In this document: positions 27,605 through 36,309 of the stretch, piece after piece | How positions within the stretch are numbered: the stretch's first letter is position 1 | How the letters are laid out: the number at the start of each line of letters is the position of its first letter | Assembly (NCBI GenBank): GCA_016204695.1 | Contig: JACQKD010000001.1 | Coordinates: 4,976 to 68,975 of the forward strand | Source of the DNA: Candidatus Kaiserbacteria bacterium | GTDB taxonomy: Bacteria; Patescibacteriota; Minisyncoccia; Phycocordibacterales; UBA918 | Reading direction: 5' to 3' | Length of the DNA: 64,000 nt | Position numbers and translations under genes: made by a program | The notes under the pieces: model-generated | Told to the model about the DNA's origin: nothing | The model's database searches: none | The model's input: the letters and a program-made list of their open reading frames with translations, nothing else

Positions 27605-28264
27605 ATGCCTCCCCCGGACAACAACGGACTCTTCGAACGCATTCTTGCTCACAAACTTTCTTTTTTTGTTGTGTTTTTCATCGTGTTTCTGGTGAGTTAC
27701 GGCGTCCTCTATGCCGTCGACTTCATTCCCGAAGCGCCGGAGGAGAAAGAAGAGCCCGTGCCAGCAGTCACGACAGATCCCGAGCCGGCGCCGCTTGTCG
27801 TCACCGACCCGTATCCTAAGCGGATGATCATCGAGGCGCTTGAGAAAGACATCGTGATCCAAAATCCCGAGAGCCGCACCGTGGCGGATCTCGACAAGGC
27901 ACTGCTCACCGGCGCGGTGCGGCATCCCGATTCGGCCACCTTTGCCGAGGATGGGACGATGTTTCTCTTCGGCCATTCAAGCTATCTGCCGCATGTGTTC
28001 AATAAAAACTTTCAGGCATTCAATGATGTCCAGAAACTCGTGTGGGGCGACATCATCAAAGTGCAGTCGTCCAACGTCGAGTACCGCTATCGCGTCAACA
28101 AAGTGTATAAGACTAAGGCCGAAGATGCTTCGGTGACCCTCGGCGGCACGAAGAAGAAGCTTACGCTCGTTACCTGCAATTCCTTCGGCTCAAAGGACGA
28201 GCGGTTTGTCGTCGAGGCGGATCTTGTCGAGACGGTGGCGCTTGCAGAAAACGGCTCTCCATAA
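27605..28264 (+). CDS. Sortase-family transpeptidase.
   Basis: N-terminal TM. Conserved His (MFLFGHSSY), catalytic TLxTC box (KKLTLVTCNSFG) and downstream Arg (ERFVVEADL). Confidence 0.75.
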   Translation: MPPPDNNGLFERILAHKLSFFVVFFIVFLVSYGVLYAVDFIPEAPEEKEEPVPAVTTDPEPAPLVVTDPYPKRMIIEALEKDIVIQNPESRTVADLDKALLTGAVRHPDSATFAEDGTMFLFGHSSYLPHVFNKNFQAFNDVQKLVWGDIIKVQSSNVEYRYRVNKVYKTKAEDASVTLGGTKKKLTLVTCNSFGSKDERFVVEADLVETVALAENGSP

Positions 28265-28437
28265 ACCTGAAATGGGGTGGTTGACTGTTTTCCGAAGAGA
28301 CATCGAACATTGACAAAGAGCAAAATGAGGTATAGCGTTCGGCGCAAAGTTCCTCTCTGTCCGGTGGGGGCAGAGCTTGTTGTTTGATTTGTCATGAATT
28401 GGCCGCGTAAAGGCGTGGCCGTGGAAAGAGGAAAGCC

Positions 28438-29349
28438 ATGAAAAAAGTTGACTCACGGTCTTTTTTTGCCGGTTCTATTTTTTGTTTGTTACTGTGGTGG
28501 CTGATTAGGGTGGCCGTTGGGGCGGACCAGGGATGGAGGCCTTGGTTCGTCAAAAAAGTTCCGCAGTCGCGCGAGGCCTTTGCCCGCGCGATTGAGACGG
28601 ATGACCGCACGATGCTCCGTGTCCCGGCCGGACTGTTTGCCGCGACATGGGGCGGTCGCGGCATGGACCTACCGGTCGGGCCTGACCCGGCAAGTTGGGG
28701 AAGTTTTTTGAGGAGCTCCGAGGTAACCGAGGTGGCATGCACCCCGGAGCTCCTCCGGACTCTCTTTCTTGCCCGGGTTCGTCCTGACATAGGTGAGGTG
28801 GATTTCGCCCTTGAGAGGGAGGCGTGTCTCCCTGGTGAGATGTTCCTCGCGTGGCGGGGGACACCGTTTGTCTCACTGGGTTGCGGGAATCCGGTGAGGC
28901 TGCGAGTGCCTCGCCCGCCTGCCTCGCCTGCTGTTCCGCCCACGACGACGGTTGTTGTGCCGCCCCATCCGCCACCACCGCCGGTTGCGGAGTGCGTTGA
29001 GCTTCACTCTTTCTATCGCGGGAAAGTCGTTTTTCCGACGATAGAAGACCGACCCGCGTGGTTCCACTGCAATCCGTGGTCGGATTGTGTCGTGGACTGT
29101 CTGGACTGGGTGAGCGGCCGGAACGCTCGCCCGTTCCCACGGCTGGGGAGCGACGCGGCCCGGAGCCAGCAGGAAGCGGCTCGGGTTCGCGAGCTCACCG
29201 GCCAAGGGAGCCGTGGCGGGCACGCGGCACTTGAGGGCGCGACCATGATGCCCGTGAGCCGGCACGGACCGACGGTGTTTTGCAAAAAGGGGACCCATGA
29301 GTATTGGGTCCTTTGGCCGGACGGCCGAGTCACGAAAGGACTCGACTGA
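28438..29349 (+). CDS. Secreted hypothetical protein with a compositional-outlier gene (about 68% GC). Trp/Arg/Pro/Cys-rich.
   Basis: Signal peptide plus a Shine-Dalgarno (agaggaaag 7 nt before the ATG). A TTGACA-N15-TATAGC promoter lies about 120 nt upstream. A Pro-rich stretch PPTTTVVVPPHPPPPP occurs. No family recognised. Confidence 0.4.
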   Translation: MKKVDSRSFFAGSIFCLLLWWLIRVAVGADQGWRPWFVKKVPQSREAFARAIETDDRTMLRVPAGLFAATWGGRGMDLPVGPDPASWGSFLRSSEVTEVACTPELLRTLFLARVRPDIGEVDFALEREACLPGEMFLAWRGTPFVSLGCGNPVRLRVPRPPASPAVPPTTTVVVPPHPPPPPVAECVELHSFYRGKVVFPTIEDRPAWFHCNPWSDCVVDCLDWVSGRNARPFPRLGSDAARSQQEAARVRELTGQGSRGGHAALEGATMMPVSRHGPTVFCKKGTHEYWVLWPDGRVTKGLD

Positions 29350-29497
29350 TCCGGTGGTTAGTTGGTGGCGGGGGCTTCACATGCCTTGCCTTACGCCACC
29401 AACTAACCTTCTTTACTATTCTCGCGTGCCCCCTATTACATAAGAGGCAGGTGGGAGTACAGAGGAGAAAGAAATAGTACTTACTAGCGTTTATACA

Positions 29498-32400
29498 TTG
29501 TCTGCCGCTGTTATGGAAAAAATTTTCAGTACGAAAGGTCTTGTTACGGTAGGATTTTCAGTATTCATTGCCGCTCTGGTTGTCTTTACCGTACTGCCGC
29601 GCTTACCCGATATCCAAGCGGCAACGGGTGTTGACTTCAGTCTCGGAGCACTTGCTGTTGATGCATGTTGCGATGACGGAGGTGACGACGGTGGCGGCGA
29701 CACTGGTGATGGTGACGACGGAAGCGGTGGCGGTGGGGACAACGGAGGTGGAGGTGGTGGCGGAGGTGATTGTTGCGGCGGCGGTGAGACACCTCCTCCT
29801 CCAACTCTTTCTGTTTCTTGTACTCCAAGTGATTCTTCAATTCAGACCGGCGGCACGGTGACCTGGCGCGCGACAGTGAGCGGCGTCGACGGCGCGGCGA
29901 CTTTCTCGTGGGCTGATACGGCGGGCGGCACGGCCGCAACAGGCTCGACGCACTCTTGGTCGCGCACCTATAATTCCGCCGGCGCAGTGGGAGCTTCGGT
30001 GATTGCGGTGACGACCACCGGCCAGCGTGCCGAGGCATCCTGCGGGAGCGTTGTGGTGCGACCGATTCCTCAAACCCTCTCTGTTTCCTGCACCCCAAGC
30101 GCGTCCTCAATCCGCACCGGTGAGACGGTGACCTGGCGTGCGACAGTGAGCGGCGTCGACGGCGCGGCCACTTTTTCATGGGCTGACACGGCGGGCGGCA
30201 CGGCCGCAACCGGCTCAACACATTCATGGTCGCGCACCTATAATTCCGCCGGCGCAGTGGGAGCTTCGGTGATTGCGGTGACGACCACCGGCCAGCGTGC
30301 CGAGGCATCCTGCGGGAGCGTCACAGTGACGACGACTCCGCCTCCATCTGTTCCGCTTACCGTCACCTGCCAGGCATCCGTCTCCTCGATTCAAAGCGGC
30401 GGCTCCGTCACATGGACGGCATCTCCGTCGGGCGGCAGTGGCGCCTATCAGTTCAGCTGGTCTGACACCGACGGCGCGCAATTTTCAAGTGGTACGGCGC
30501 ACTCGTGGACTCGGACATATACGACGGCTGGCACCAAGGGTGCTTCTGTCGCTGTCGCCGATACGTTGGGGAACACAAAGACCGCATCCTGCGGGAGCGT
30601 TGTGGTGCGACCGATTCCTCAAAATCTCTCCGTCTCTTGTACCCCGAGCGCATCCTCGATCCAAACCGGCGGTACGGTTACATGGAGAGCGACAGTCAGC
30701 GGCGTTGACGGCGCGGCTTCTTTCTCGTGGGCTGACACGGCGGGCGGCACCGCATCCACGGGCGCAACAAACTCATGGTCGCGCACATACAATACTGCGG
30801 GAACCATCGGCGCATCGGTGATCGCGGTCACAACGACCGGCCAGCGCGCGGAAGCATCCTGCGGGAGTGTTGTGGTGCGAACAACGCCTCCTCCGCCTTC
30901 CGAAACTCCCACCGGCACCATTTCCGCAAACCCCAACCCGTGCCGCATCGCACAGGGAGGGACGCAGTGTGCTTCCAACATCACTTGGTCTACACAGCAC
31001 ACGACGAATGCCACCGTGTGTGTGGATGGTTCACTCTTTGCGAATGCGACATTCGGCAGTCAAAATGCTCCGTGGATTCAGGCAAATCATAACTACGTCT
31101 TTACCCTTTTCAACGGCGGCAGTTGCGGTGGCACAGTACTTGACCGCGTGACGGTGACGGCGATTCCGCCGGCGGCCCAGGGCGCTCCGACCTGTACGCT
31201 TACCGCAAATCCTTCCTCGATCAATTCCGGAAACACGGCGATGCTCTCGTGGACGACGACGGGCGCGACAAGCGGTTCCATTAATAATGGCGTTGGGGCG
31301 ATGATTCCGATCGCAAACGGCTCAAAGAGTGTCTCTCCGACGAATAATACGACATATACCGCGACGGTAACGGGTCCCGGAGGCAGTGCGGATTGTTCAA
31401 CATCTGTGACCGTACTGCCGGTGGTGGGAGACCCTGTGGCTCGGTGCGACTTTTTCAGCGCAAGTCCGAGCGTGGTTGACCGCGGCGGCATCACGACGCT
31501 CCGATGGGAAACGACGAATGCTTCGCGAGTGTCTATCAACGGCGCGGGCGCAAGCGCGGTAGACGGCAGTATGGATGTGCAAGTGCAGAACGACACGACC
31601 TACACGCTCACCGCTCATGGATTTACCAATGATACCTGTTCAACGACGGTGACGGTGCGGCCGACGGTCATGCGCACGCTCGTCGTGCAAAAGCTCGGCA
31701 ACGGCACCGGGTCGGTGACGACGACCGGCTTGGATTGTCCGGCAGGGAACACTATTTGCAGTAATCAGTACAGTCAGGGAACCAATCTCGTGCTGAACGC
31801 GGCGGCATCCGCCGGTTCCACATTTGCGGGCTGGGGCGGCGACTGTTCGGCGAATGGCGCAGTAACGATGGACACCAACAAGACCTGTACGGCGACATTC
31901 GTACTTGCGCCTGTCGGTGCGCCGACTTGCAGTATTTCAGCGGCTCCCGCTTCCATCGCGTCCGGTTCTTCGACGACGCTCTCATGGACGACGGCCAATG
32001 CAACGAGCGGCTCTATCGACAACGGCGTCGGCGCGATGATTCCGATCGCGGGCGGCTCACGGAGTGTCACTCCATCAGGCACCACCACATACACCGCGAC
32101 GGTGAGCGGCTCCGGAGGAACGGCGAATTGCGCCGTCACGGTAGTGGTGTCTCCGCAATCCGAATCGCTTCGCTGTGATTCCTTCAGCGCAAGCCCAAGC
32201 TCCATTGATGAAGGGGATACGACGACGCTTCGTTGGGAGACCACCGGCGCGACGAGTGTGGAAATCTCGGATGGCATCGGTTCGGTCGGCTCCGACGGAA
32301 GCAGGACGGTGAGCCCGGATAATGACACGACCTATACGCTTGTTGCTCGACGCGGAAGCGACACCGCTACCTGCTCGACGAGCGTGAATGTGGACGAGAA

Positions 32401-33655
32401 CAATGGCGGAGGAGGAGGTTCGTCAAGCTCCTCACCACGCTGTGAGCTCTTCCGCGCATCGGACGATGACATCACCGCCGGCGAGCGAGTGACGCTCCGC
32501 TGGAGGACGGAGGACGGCAGTGAGTTGCGTATCGAAGATGACCGCGACAACGAGATATTCGAGACCAATGACGATGACGATGTCGACGACGGCGAAGTAA
32601 CCGTGCGTCCGACGCGCGACACTCGCTACACGCTCACCGTCGAGCGCGGAAGCCGCGATGATGAATGTACGACGCGCATCGACGTTGAAGACCGGGAAGT
32701 CTCACTCATTCTTGACCGCGATCAACAGCCGCTGACCTCCATCTCCCTCTCACAGGTGCCGTATACCGGCTTTGACGCAGGACCGTTTCTGACGACTGTC
32801 TTCTACGTCCTCCTTGCGCTCTGGGCCGCATCGGTGACCTATGTGCTCGTTATCAAAAAGGGTTCCGTATTCGGTGTCGCTCTGCGTCGGCAGGCGCCCT
32901 ACCGGCCCGCACATGCGGTGGCGATTCCCCATGGCGAGTACCGATCAAACGTCCGGTACCCGCGGATGTACGCGGAAGCCACCGCCACTGCTGTGAATTC
33001 CTCCCCGTTTGCCGCTCCGGTGCGCGGATATGGCGCGGTGGCGATGACCGACGATGAAGTCGAGCCGGAGACCGAAGATGCCGATACCTACCTCAAGGAA
33101 CGTGCGCACGAGCTCAATCTCATTCTTTCCAATGATGCGGTGCGCTTCATTTTGGAACGCGCGAATTCAAGGGAAGATCGCATGACGTTTCTTGATGAGG
33201 TGAGCGCTCGCGCGAAGGCGATCTATCCTCGCGAAGACGGCTGGGTCGTCGTCAATCGCGAGCGTATTGAAATGCTCGCCGCGAGCCAGCCCGTGTCTGC
33301 GGCGTCACCGGTTTCTGTTGAAGAAGAGCCGAAGGATATCGCAAAGTTGATGCGGGTGCCCACGCTTGCCGAGGCGATTGTAACGGGCAATGTCACTGCG
33401 GCATATACCGCCCTTGGCGATCTGCCGCTTGTCGCGCTCGCCGACGCAGTGGGCGATCTCGATGCGCTCTTTCGAGTACGGCATGACGAAGAGATTGATG
33501 TCCCCGGGACCCTTGTGGAAGCGGCGGCTCGTCTCTCGGACGACCAACTTGAAGAAGTGATCCAATCGCTTGCAAGCGCCATTGATGGCGTATATCGCGA
33601 CGAGGCGGCGGCCGTGAAGCTTGCCATCATAAAGGCGATCAAGGCGGTCGCGTAA
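29498..33655 (+). CDS. Giant repeat-containing cell-surface protein (putative adhesin). It has an N-terminal signal anchor, a Gly/Asp/Cys low-complexity segment, 4 PKD/Ig-like repeats, about 5 Cys-bounded beta-domain repeats, a Listeria/Bacteroides-repeat-like module, an acidic Asp-rich region, a TM segment and a 270-aa cytoplasmic tail.
   Basis: 1385 aa. Repeats SVSCTPS..S.IQTGGTVTWRATVSGVDGAATFSWADTAGGTA.TG..HSWSRTYN.AG..GASVIAVTTTGQRAEASCGSV occur four times. A second repeat family C..SA.P.SI..G.TT.L.W.TT.A.S..I.NG.G.... is present. The segment ..SQVPYTGFDAGPFLTTVFYVLLALWAASVTYVLVIKKG (pentapeptide-TM-KK) is followed by a long tail. Confidence 0.7.
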   Translation: MSAAVMEKIFSTKGLVTVGFSVFIAALVVFTVLPRLPDIQAATGVDFSLGALAVDACCDDGGDDGGGDTGDGDDGSGGGGDNGGGGGGGGDCCGGGETPPPPTLSVSCTPSDSSIQTGGTVTWRATVSGVDGAATFSWADTAGGTAATGSTHSWSRTYNSAGAVGASVIAVTTTGQRAEASCGSVVVRPIPQTLSVSCTPSASSIRTGETVTWRATVSGVDGAATFSWADTAGGTAATGSTHSWSRTYNSAGAVGASVIAVTTTGQRAEASCGSVTVTTTPPPSVPLTVTCQASVSSIQSGGSVTWTASPSGGSGAYQFSWSDTDGAQFSSGTAHSWTRTYTTAGTKGASVAVADTLGNTKTASCGSVVVRPIPQNLSVSCTPSASSIQTGGTVTWRATVSGVDGAASFSWADTAGGTASTGATNSWSRTYNTAGTIGASVIAVTTTGQRAEASCGSVVVRTTPPPPSETPTGTISANPNPCRIAQGGTQCASNITWSTQHTTNATVCVDGSLFANATFGSQNAPWIQANHNYVFTLFNGGSCGGTVLDRVTVTAIPPAAQGAPTCTLTANPSSINSGNTAMLSWTTTGATSGSINNGVGAMIPIANGSKSVSPTNNTTYTATVTGPGGSADCSTSVTVLPVVGDPVARCDFFSASPSVVDRGGITTLRWETTNASRVSINGAGASAVDGSMDVQVQNDTTYTLTAHGFTNDTCSTTVTVRPTVMRTLVVQKLGNGTGSVTTTGLDCPAGNTICSNQYSQGTNLVLNAAASAGSTFAGWGGDCSANGAVTMDTNKTCTATFVLAPVGAPTCSISAAPASIASGSSTTLSWTTANATSGSIDNGVGAMIPIAGGSRSVTPSGTTTYTATVSGSGGTANCAVTVVVSPQSESLRCDSFSASPSSIDEGDTTTLRWETTGATSVEISDGIGSVGSDGSRTVSPDNDTTYTLVARRGSDTATCSTSVNVDENNGGGGGSSSSSPRCELFRASDDDITAGERVTLRWRTEDGSELRIEDDRDNEIFETNDDDDVDDGEVTVRPTRDTRYTLTVERGSRDDECTTRIDVEDREVSLILDRDQQPLTSISLSQVPYTGFDAGPFLTTVFYVLLALWAASVTYVLVIKKGSVFGVALRRQAPYRPAHAVAIPHGEYRSNVRYPRMYAEATATAVNSSPFAAPVRGYGAVAMTDDEVEPETEDADTYLKERAHELNLILSNDAVRFILERANSREDRMTFLDEVSARAKAIYPREDGWVVVNRERIEMLAASQPVSAASPVSVEEEPKDIAKLMRVPTLAEAIVTGNVTAAYTALGDLPLVALADAVGDLDALFRVRHDEEIDVPGTLVEAAARLSDDQLEEVIQSLASAIDGVYRDEAAAVKLAIIKAIKAVA
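29807..30895 (+). repeat. Tandem array of four ~270-276-bp coding repeats inside the giant surface-protein gene.
   Basis: Units start at about 29807, 30077, 30353 and 30625. Units 1 and 2 are about 95% identical at nucleotide level. Unit 3 has diverged. Unit 4 is close to unit 1. Confidence 0.85.
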
Positions 33656-33671
33656 GAAGATTTAAAATTTT

Positions 33672-33716
33672 AAGGGCACCAAAAAATCCGCCTCCGGCGG
33701 ATTTTTTGGTGCCCTT
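33672..33716. terminator. Inverted-repeat hairpin after the giant surface-protein gene. Its sequence is related to the hairpin at 26372-26413.
   Basis: aagggcaccaaaaaatccgcc tcc ggcggattttttggtgccctt. Shares the core AAAAATCCGCC-N3-GGCGGATTTTT with the hairpin at 26372. Confidence 0.7.
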
Positions 33717-33803
33717 TACCAGTGATCACTTCTACTATAATGTAGCGGCGGCGAGGTAGTGGTTGTCTGGGCCAAATGTATATAACCCGAAGGAGGGAAG
33801 GGT

Positions 33804-33995
33804 ATGAGGAAGAAAATCAGGCCTATCTTGTTGGCATGGTGGTTTCTTCTGCAATGGGATCGGAGCGCAGGGTTCCAGGGTCCGTTTGACTCGGAACAAG
33901 CCTGTGCGAAGATACGGCAGGTAATCATCGTCGATCGAGACAGAAGGACGTTTCAGCACTTTTTGGTCGGAGAATGTATTTCCGATCAGGGTTAA
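33804..33995 (+). CDS. Small hypothetical protein (63 aa, hydrophobic N-terminus) with a strong Shine-Dalgarno.
   Basis: gaaggagggaagggt ATG. TATAAT sits about 65 nt upstream. No homology recognised. Confidence 0.25.
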   Translation: MRKKIRPILLAWWFLLQWDRSAGFQGPFDSEQACAKIRQVIIVDRDRRTFQHFLVGECISDQG

Positions 33996-34031
33996 CCTAC
34001 ACTCGTCAAACAGTACTACCTCCGCTTCCAT

Positions 34032-34069
34032 AACAGCCGAGGGGATCGCTTGCGATCCCCTCGGCTGTT
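34032..34069. terminator. Hairpin downstream of thrS (minus strand).
   Basis: aacagccgaggggatcgc ttgc gatcccctcggctgtt immediately 3' of the thrS stop. Confidence 0.6.
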
Positions 34070-34071
34070 CC

Positions 34072-35826
34072 TCATTTCTTCTCCGTAATTTCTTTCTTGA
34101 GCCGCTCGATGAGGGCGTCGACGCTACTCTCGCCGAGCTTGCCGTTGTCGCGGCTTTCGATGGTGACCTGCTTGCCCTCCACTTCCTTGTCACCAATGAC
34201 AAGCGCGTACGGCGACTTCGAGAGTTTCCAGTCGCGTATCTTTTTGCCGAGTGTTTCGTTTCGTTCGTCGAGCTCCGCGCGGATGCCCGCGGCTTTGAGC
34301 GATTCCGACACCTCCTGCGCGAACGCCATGTGGTGCTCGCCAATCGGCAGAACCGCCGCCTGCACCGGCGAGAGCCAGAGCGGGAAGTTGCCCGCGGTGT
34401 GCTCAATATAGACGCTCAAGAATCGTTCCAAGGAACCCGCGATAGCCAAGTGAATCATGACAGGCATCTTGTCCTTCCCGTCGGTGTCGGTATAGACGAG
34501 TCCGAAACGCGCCGGCTGGACGAAGTCGAGCTGTCCGGTCGCAAGCTGGTGCTCGCGGCCGATGGCGTCCATTGCCATGAAGTCGATTTTCGGCCCGTAG
34601 AAAGCGGCTTCGCCCGGAGCGATGAAGTACTCAAAATTGCTCGACTTGGCGATGTTCTCAAGCTGTGACTGCGCGCGCTCCCAGAGCGCCTCGTCGCCGA
34701 GGTATTTTTCCGGCTCTGCCGGGTCGCGGAAAGAAAGTCGTGCGCGGAACTGCATGCCCATGACGCGATAGAATTCCACAACCATTTCCATGATTGACTG
34801 GTATTCGCTTTCAATCTGGTCGACGGTGCAGAAGATGTGGCTATCGTCTTGAGTGATCGCACGCACCCGTGAGAGGCCGCCAAGCTCGCCGGTTTTCTCG
34901 TCACGGTAGACTTCCGTCGTACTCATGTAGCGGATGGGGAGGTCGCGATAACTTCTCGGCCGCGAGACGTAGATCTGTTGATGGTGCGGACAGTTCATGG
35001 GCTTCAGCACAAACTGGTCTTTCGTTTCCTGGCTCTTCACGAGGAAGAGTTCGTGGCCGAATTTGTCCCAGTGGCCGGAGACTTTGTACAGGTCGTTTTT
35101 GGTGATGTGGGGAATCCAGACCTTCTGGAATCCTCGCGCGAGCCGGAGACCTTGCGAGAACGCGTTTATTTCTTCTCGCAATATCGTGCCTTTGGGCGTG
35201 AACAGCGGCAGACCGCTACCGACGAGGTCGGAAGTGGCGAAGAGGTCAAGCTCTCGGCCGAGCTTGCGATGGTCGCGTTTTTTGGCTTCCTCCTGCATGC
35301 GGAGGTATGCATCGAGGGCTTCTTTCGTTTCAAAGGCGAGGCCGTAGATGCGAGTGAGCATGGGCTTCGTCTCGTCGCCTCGCCAGTACGCGCCCGCGAC
35401 GCGGTCGAGCTTGAAGGAGTCCGGGGCTATATCTTGCGCGGGATGCTCCGCGTGTCCTCCTTTGCAGAGGTCGATAAATCCGTCAATCGTATAGAACGTG
35501 AGCGTTTTGCCTTCACCGGCAAATTCGTCTATGAGCTCACACTTGTATTCGTTCCATGAGAATTCTTTTTTCGCTTCTTCAGCGGATACCTCTCTACGCT
35601 CGAATGCCGTCCAGCTTTTCAGTTTCTCTCGCATTTTTTCCTCAATCTTCGGAAGGTCGCTTTCCGAGATCGGGGAGGGAAGCTCGAAGTCCTGATAGAA
35701 CCCGTCTTCGACGGCCGGTCCTATGGCATTCTTCGCGCCCGGGTACAGCTCACGGACGGATGCGGCCAAAAGGTGCGCGAGTGTGTGGCGGATATGATCA
35801 AGCGATTCCTTCGGTTTGTCGTTCAT
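34072..35826 (-). CDS. thrS: Threonine--tRNA ligase (short form lacking the TGS and N-terminal editing-associated domains).
   Basis: HTLAHLLAASV..., class II motifs (FRDE-like ...RYMSTTEVYRDEKTGELGGLSRVRAITQDDSHIF), HLAIAGSLERF, and the anticodon-binding C-terminal domain. Confidence 0.95.
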   Translation of the reverse strand: MNDKPKESLDHIRHTLAHLLAASVRELYPGAKNAIGPAVEDGFYQDFELPSPISESDLPKIEEKMREKLKSWTAFERREVSAEEAKKEFSWNEYKCELIDEFAGEGKTLTFYTIDGFIDLCKGGHAEHPAQDIAPDSFKLDRVAGAYWRGDETKPMLTRIYGLAFETKEALDAYLRMQEEAKKRDHRKLGRELDLFATSDLVGSGLPLFTPKGTILREEINAFSQGLRLARGFQKVWIPHITKNDLYKVSGHWDKFGHELFLVKSQETKDQFVLKPMNCPHHQQIYVSRPRSYRDLPIRYMSTTEVYRDEKTGELGGLSRVRAITQDDSHIFCTVDQIESEYQSIMEMVVEFYRVMGMQFRARLSFRDPAEPEKYLGDEALWERAQSQLENIAKSSNFEYFIAPGEAAFYGPKIDFMAMDAIGREHQLATGQLDFVQPARFGLVYTDTDGKDKMPVMIHLAIAGSLERFLSVYIEHTAGNFPLWLSPVQAAVLPIGEHHMAFAQEVSESLKAAGIRAELDERNETLGKKIRDWKLSKSPYALVIGDKEVEGKQVTIESRDNGKLGESSVDALIERLKKEITEKK

Positions 35827-36082
35827 ATAACGTTGATTACTGTGTTGGGATAAAAGTACCACGAAGACCGGCCAAACGAAAACGCCTCCCAAGGGGAGGC
35901 GTTTTCGTTTTGTTTTTGGTACAAAAACAACCTCCCCGCTATATAGCGGTCGTGGCGGTTGTAGTCGTGCCAGTAATGTGCATCCGATACATTTTACAAC
36001 CTCTGCATTTTTGAAGCAACAAAAAGGTGTTGACGACGAAGCTTTTCGAGATTATTTTGTGGCCAGGAAGGAGGTGATCTGG

Positions 36083-36268
36083 ATGGCACAATGGAGAAGG
36101 AACGATGGTACTTCCCGTATTGAGCGAGTGGTGGGGTCTCCCGCATCTTCGGCTAGGAAGCGGAGAGTATGGCCATGGGTACTGCTTGCAGCCGCATTAG
36201 CGACTAGCCCATGGTGGTTCCGCCTTCTCAAGTTGTTTGAGTGGGGGATGAGCTTTCCCAAAGGCTAA
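36083..36268 (+). CDS. Small Trp-rich hypothetical protein (61 aa) with a strong Shine-Dalgarno and its own terminator.
   Basis: aggaaggaggtgatctgg ATG. 7 Trp in 61 aa (MAQWRR...VWPWVLLAAALATSPWWFRLLKLFEWGMSFPKG). Hairpin ggggcgccgat cccaa gtcggcgcccc plus a T-tract at 36276-36306. Confidence 0.3.
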   Translation: MAQWRRNDGTSRIERVVGSPASSARKRRVWPWVLLAAALATSPWWFRLLKLFEWGMSFPKG

Positions 36269-36309
36269 TATGTTCGGGGCGCCGATCCCAAGTCGGCGCC
36301 CCAGAGTTT

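Noticed and set aside
29807-30895. Regularly spaced near-identical repeats checked as a possible CRISPR array
   Set aside because: Units are 270 bp, contiguous and in-frame coding sequence of Ig-like domains. They are not 25-40-bp repeats with unique spacers. No cas genes in the window.
33735-34406. 223-aa minus-strand Arg/Ser-rich ORF
   Set aside because: Overlaps the 3' end of thrS in another frame. Composition typical of out-of-frame translation.
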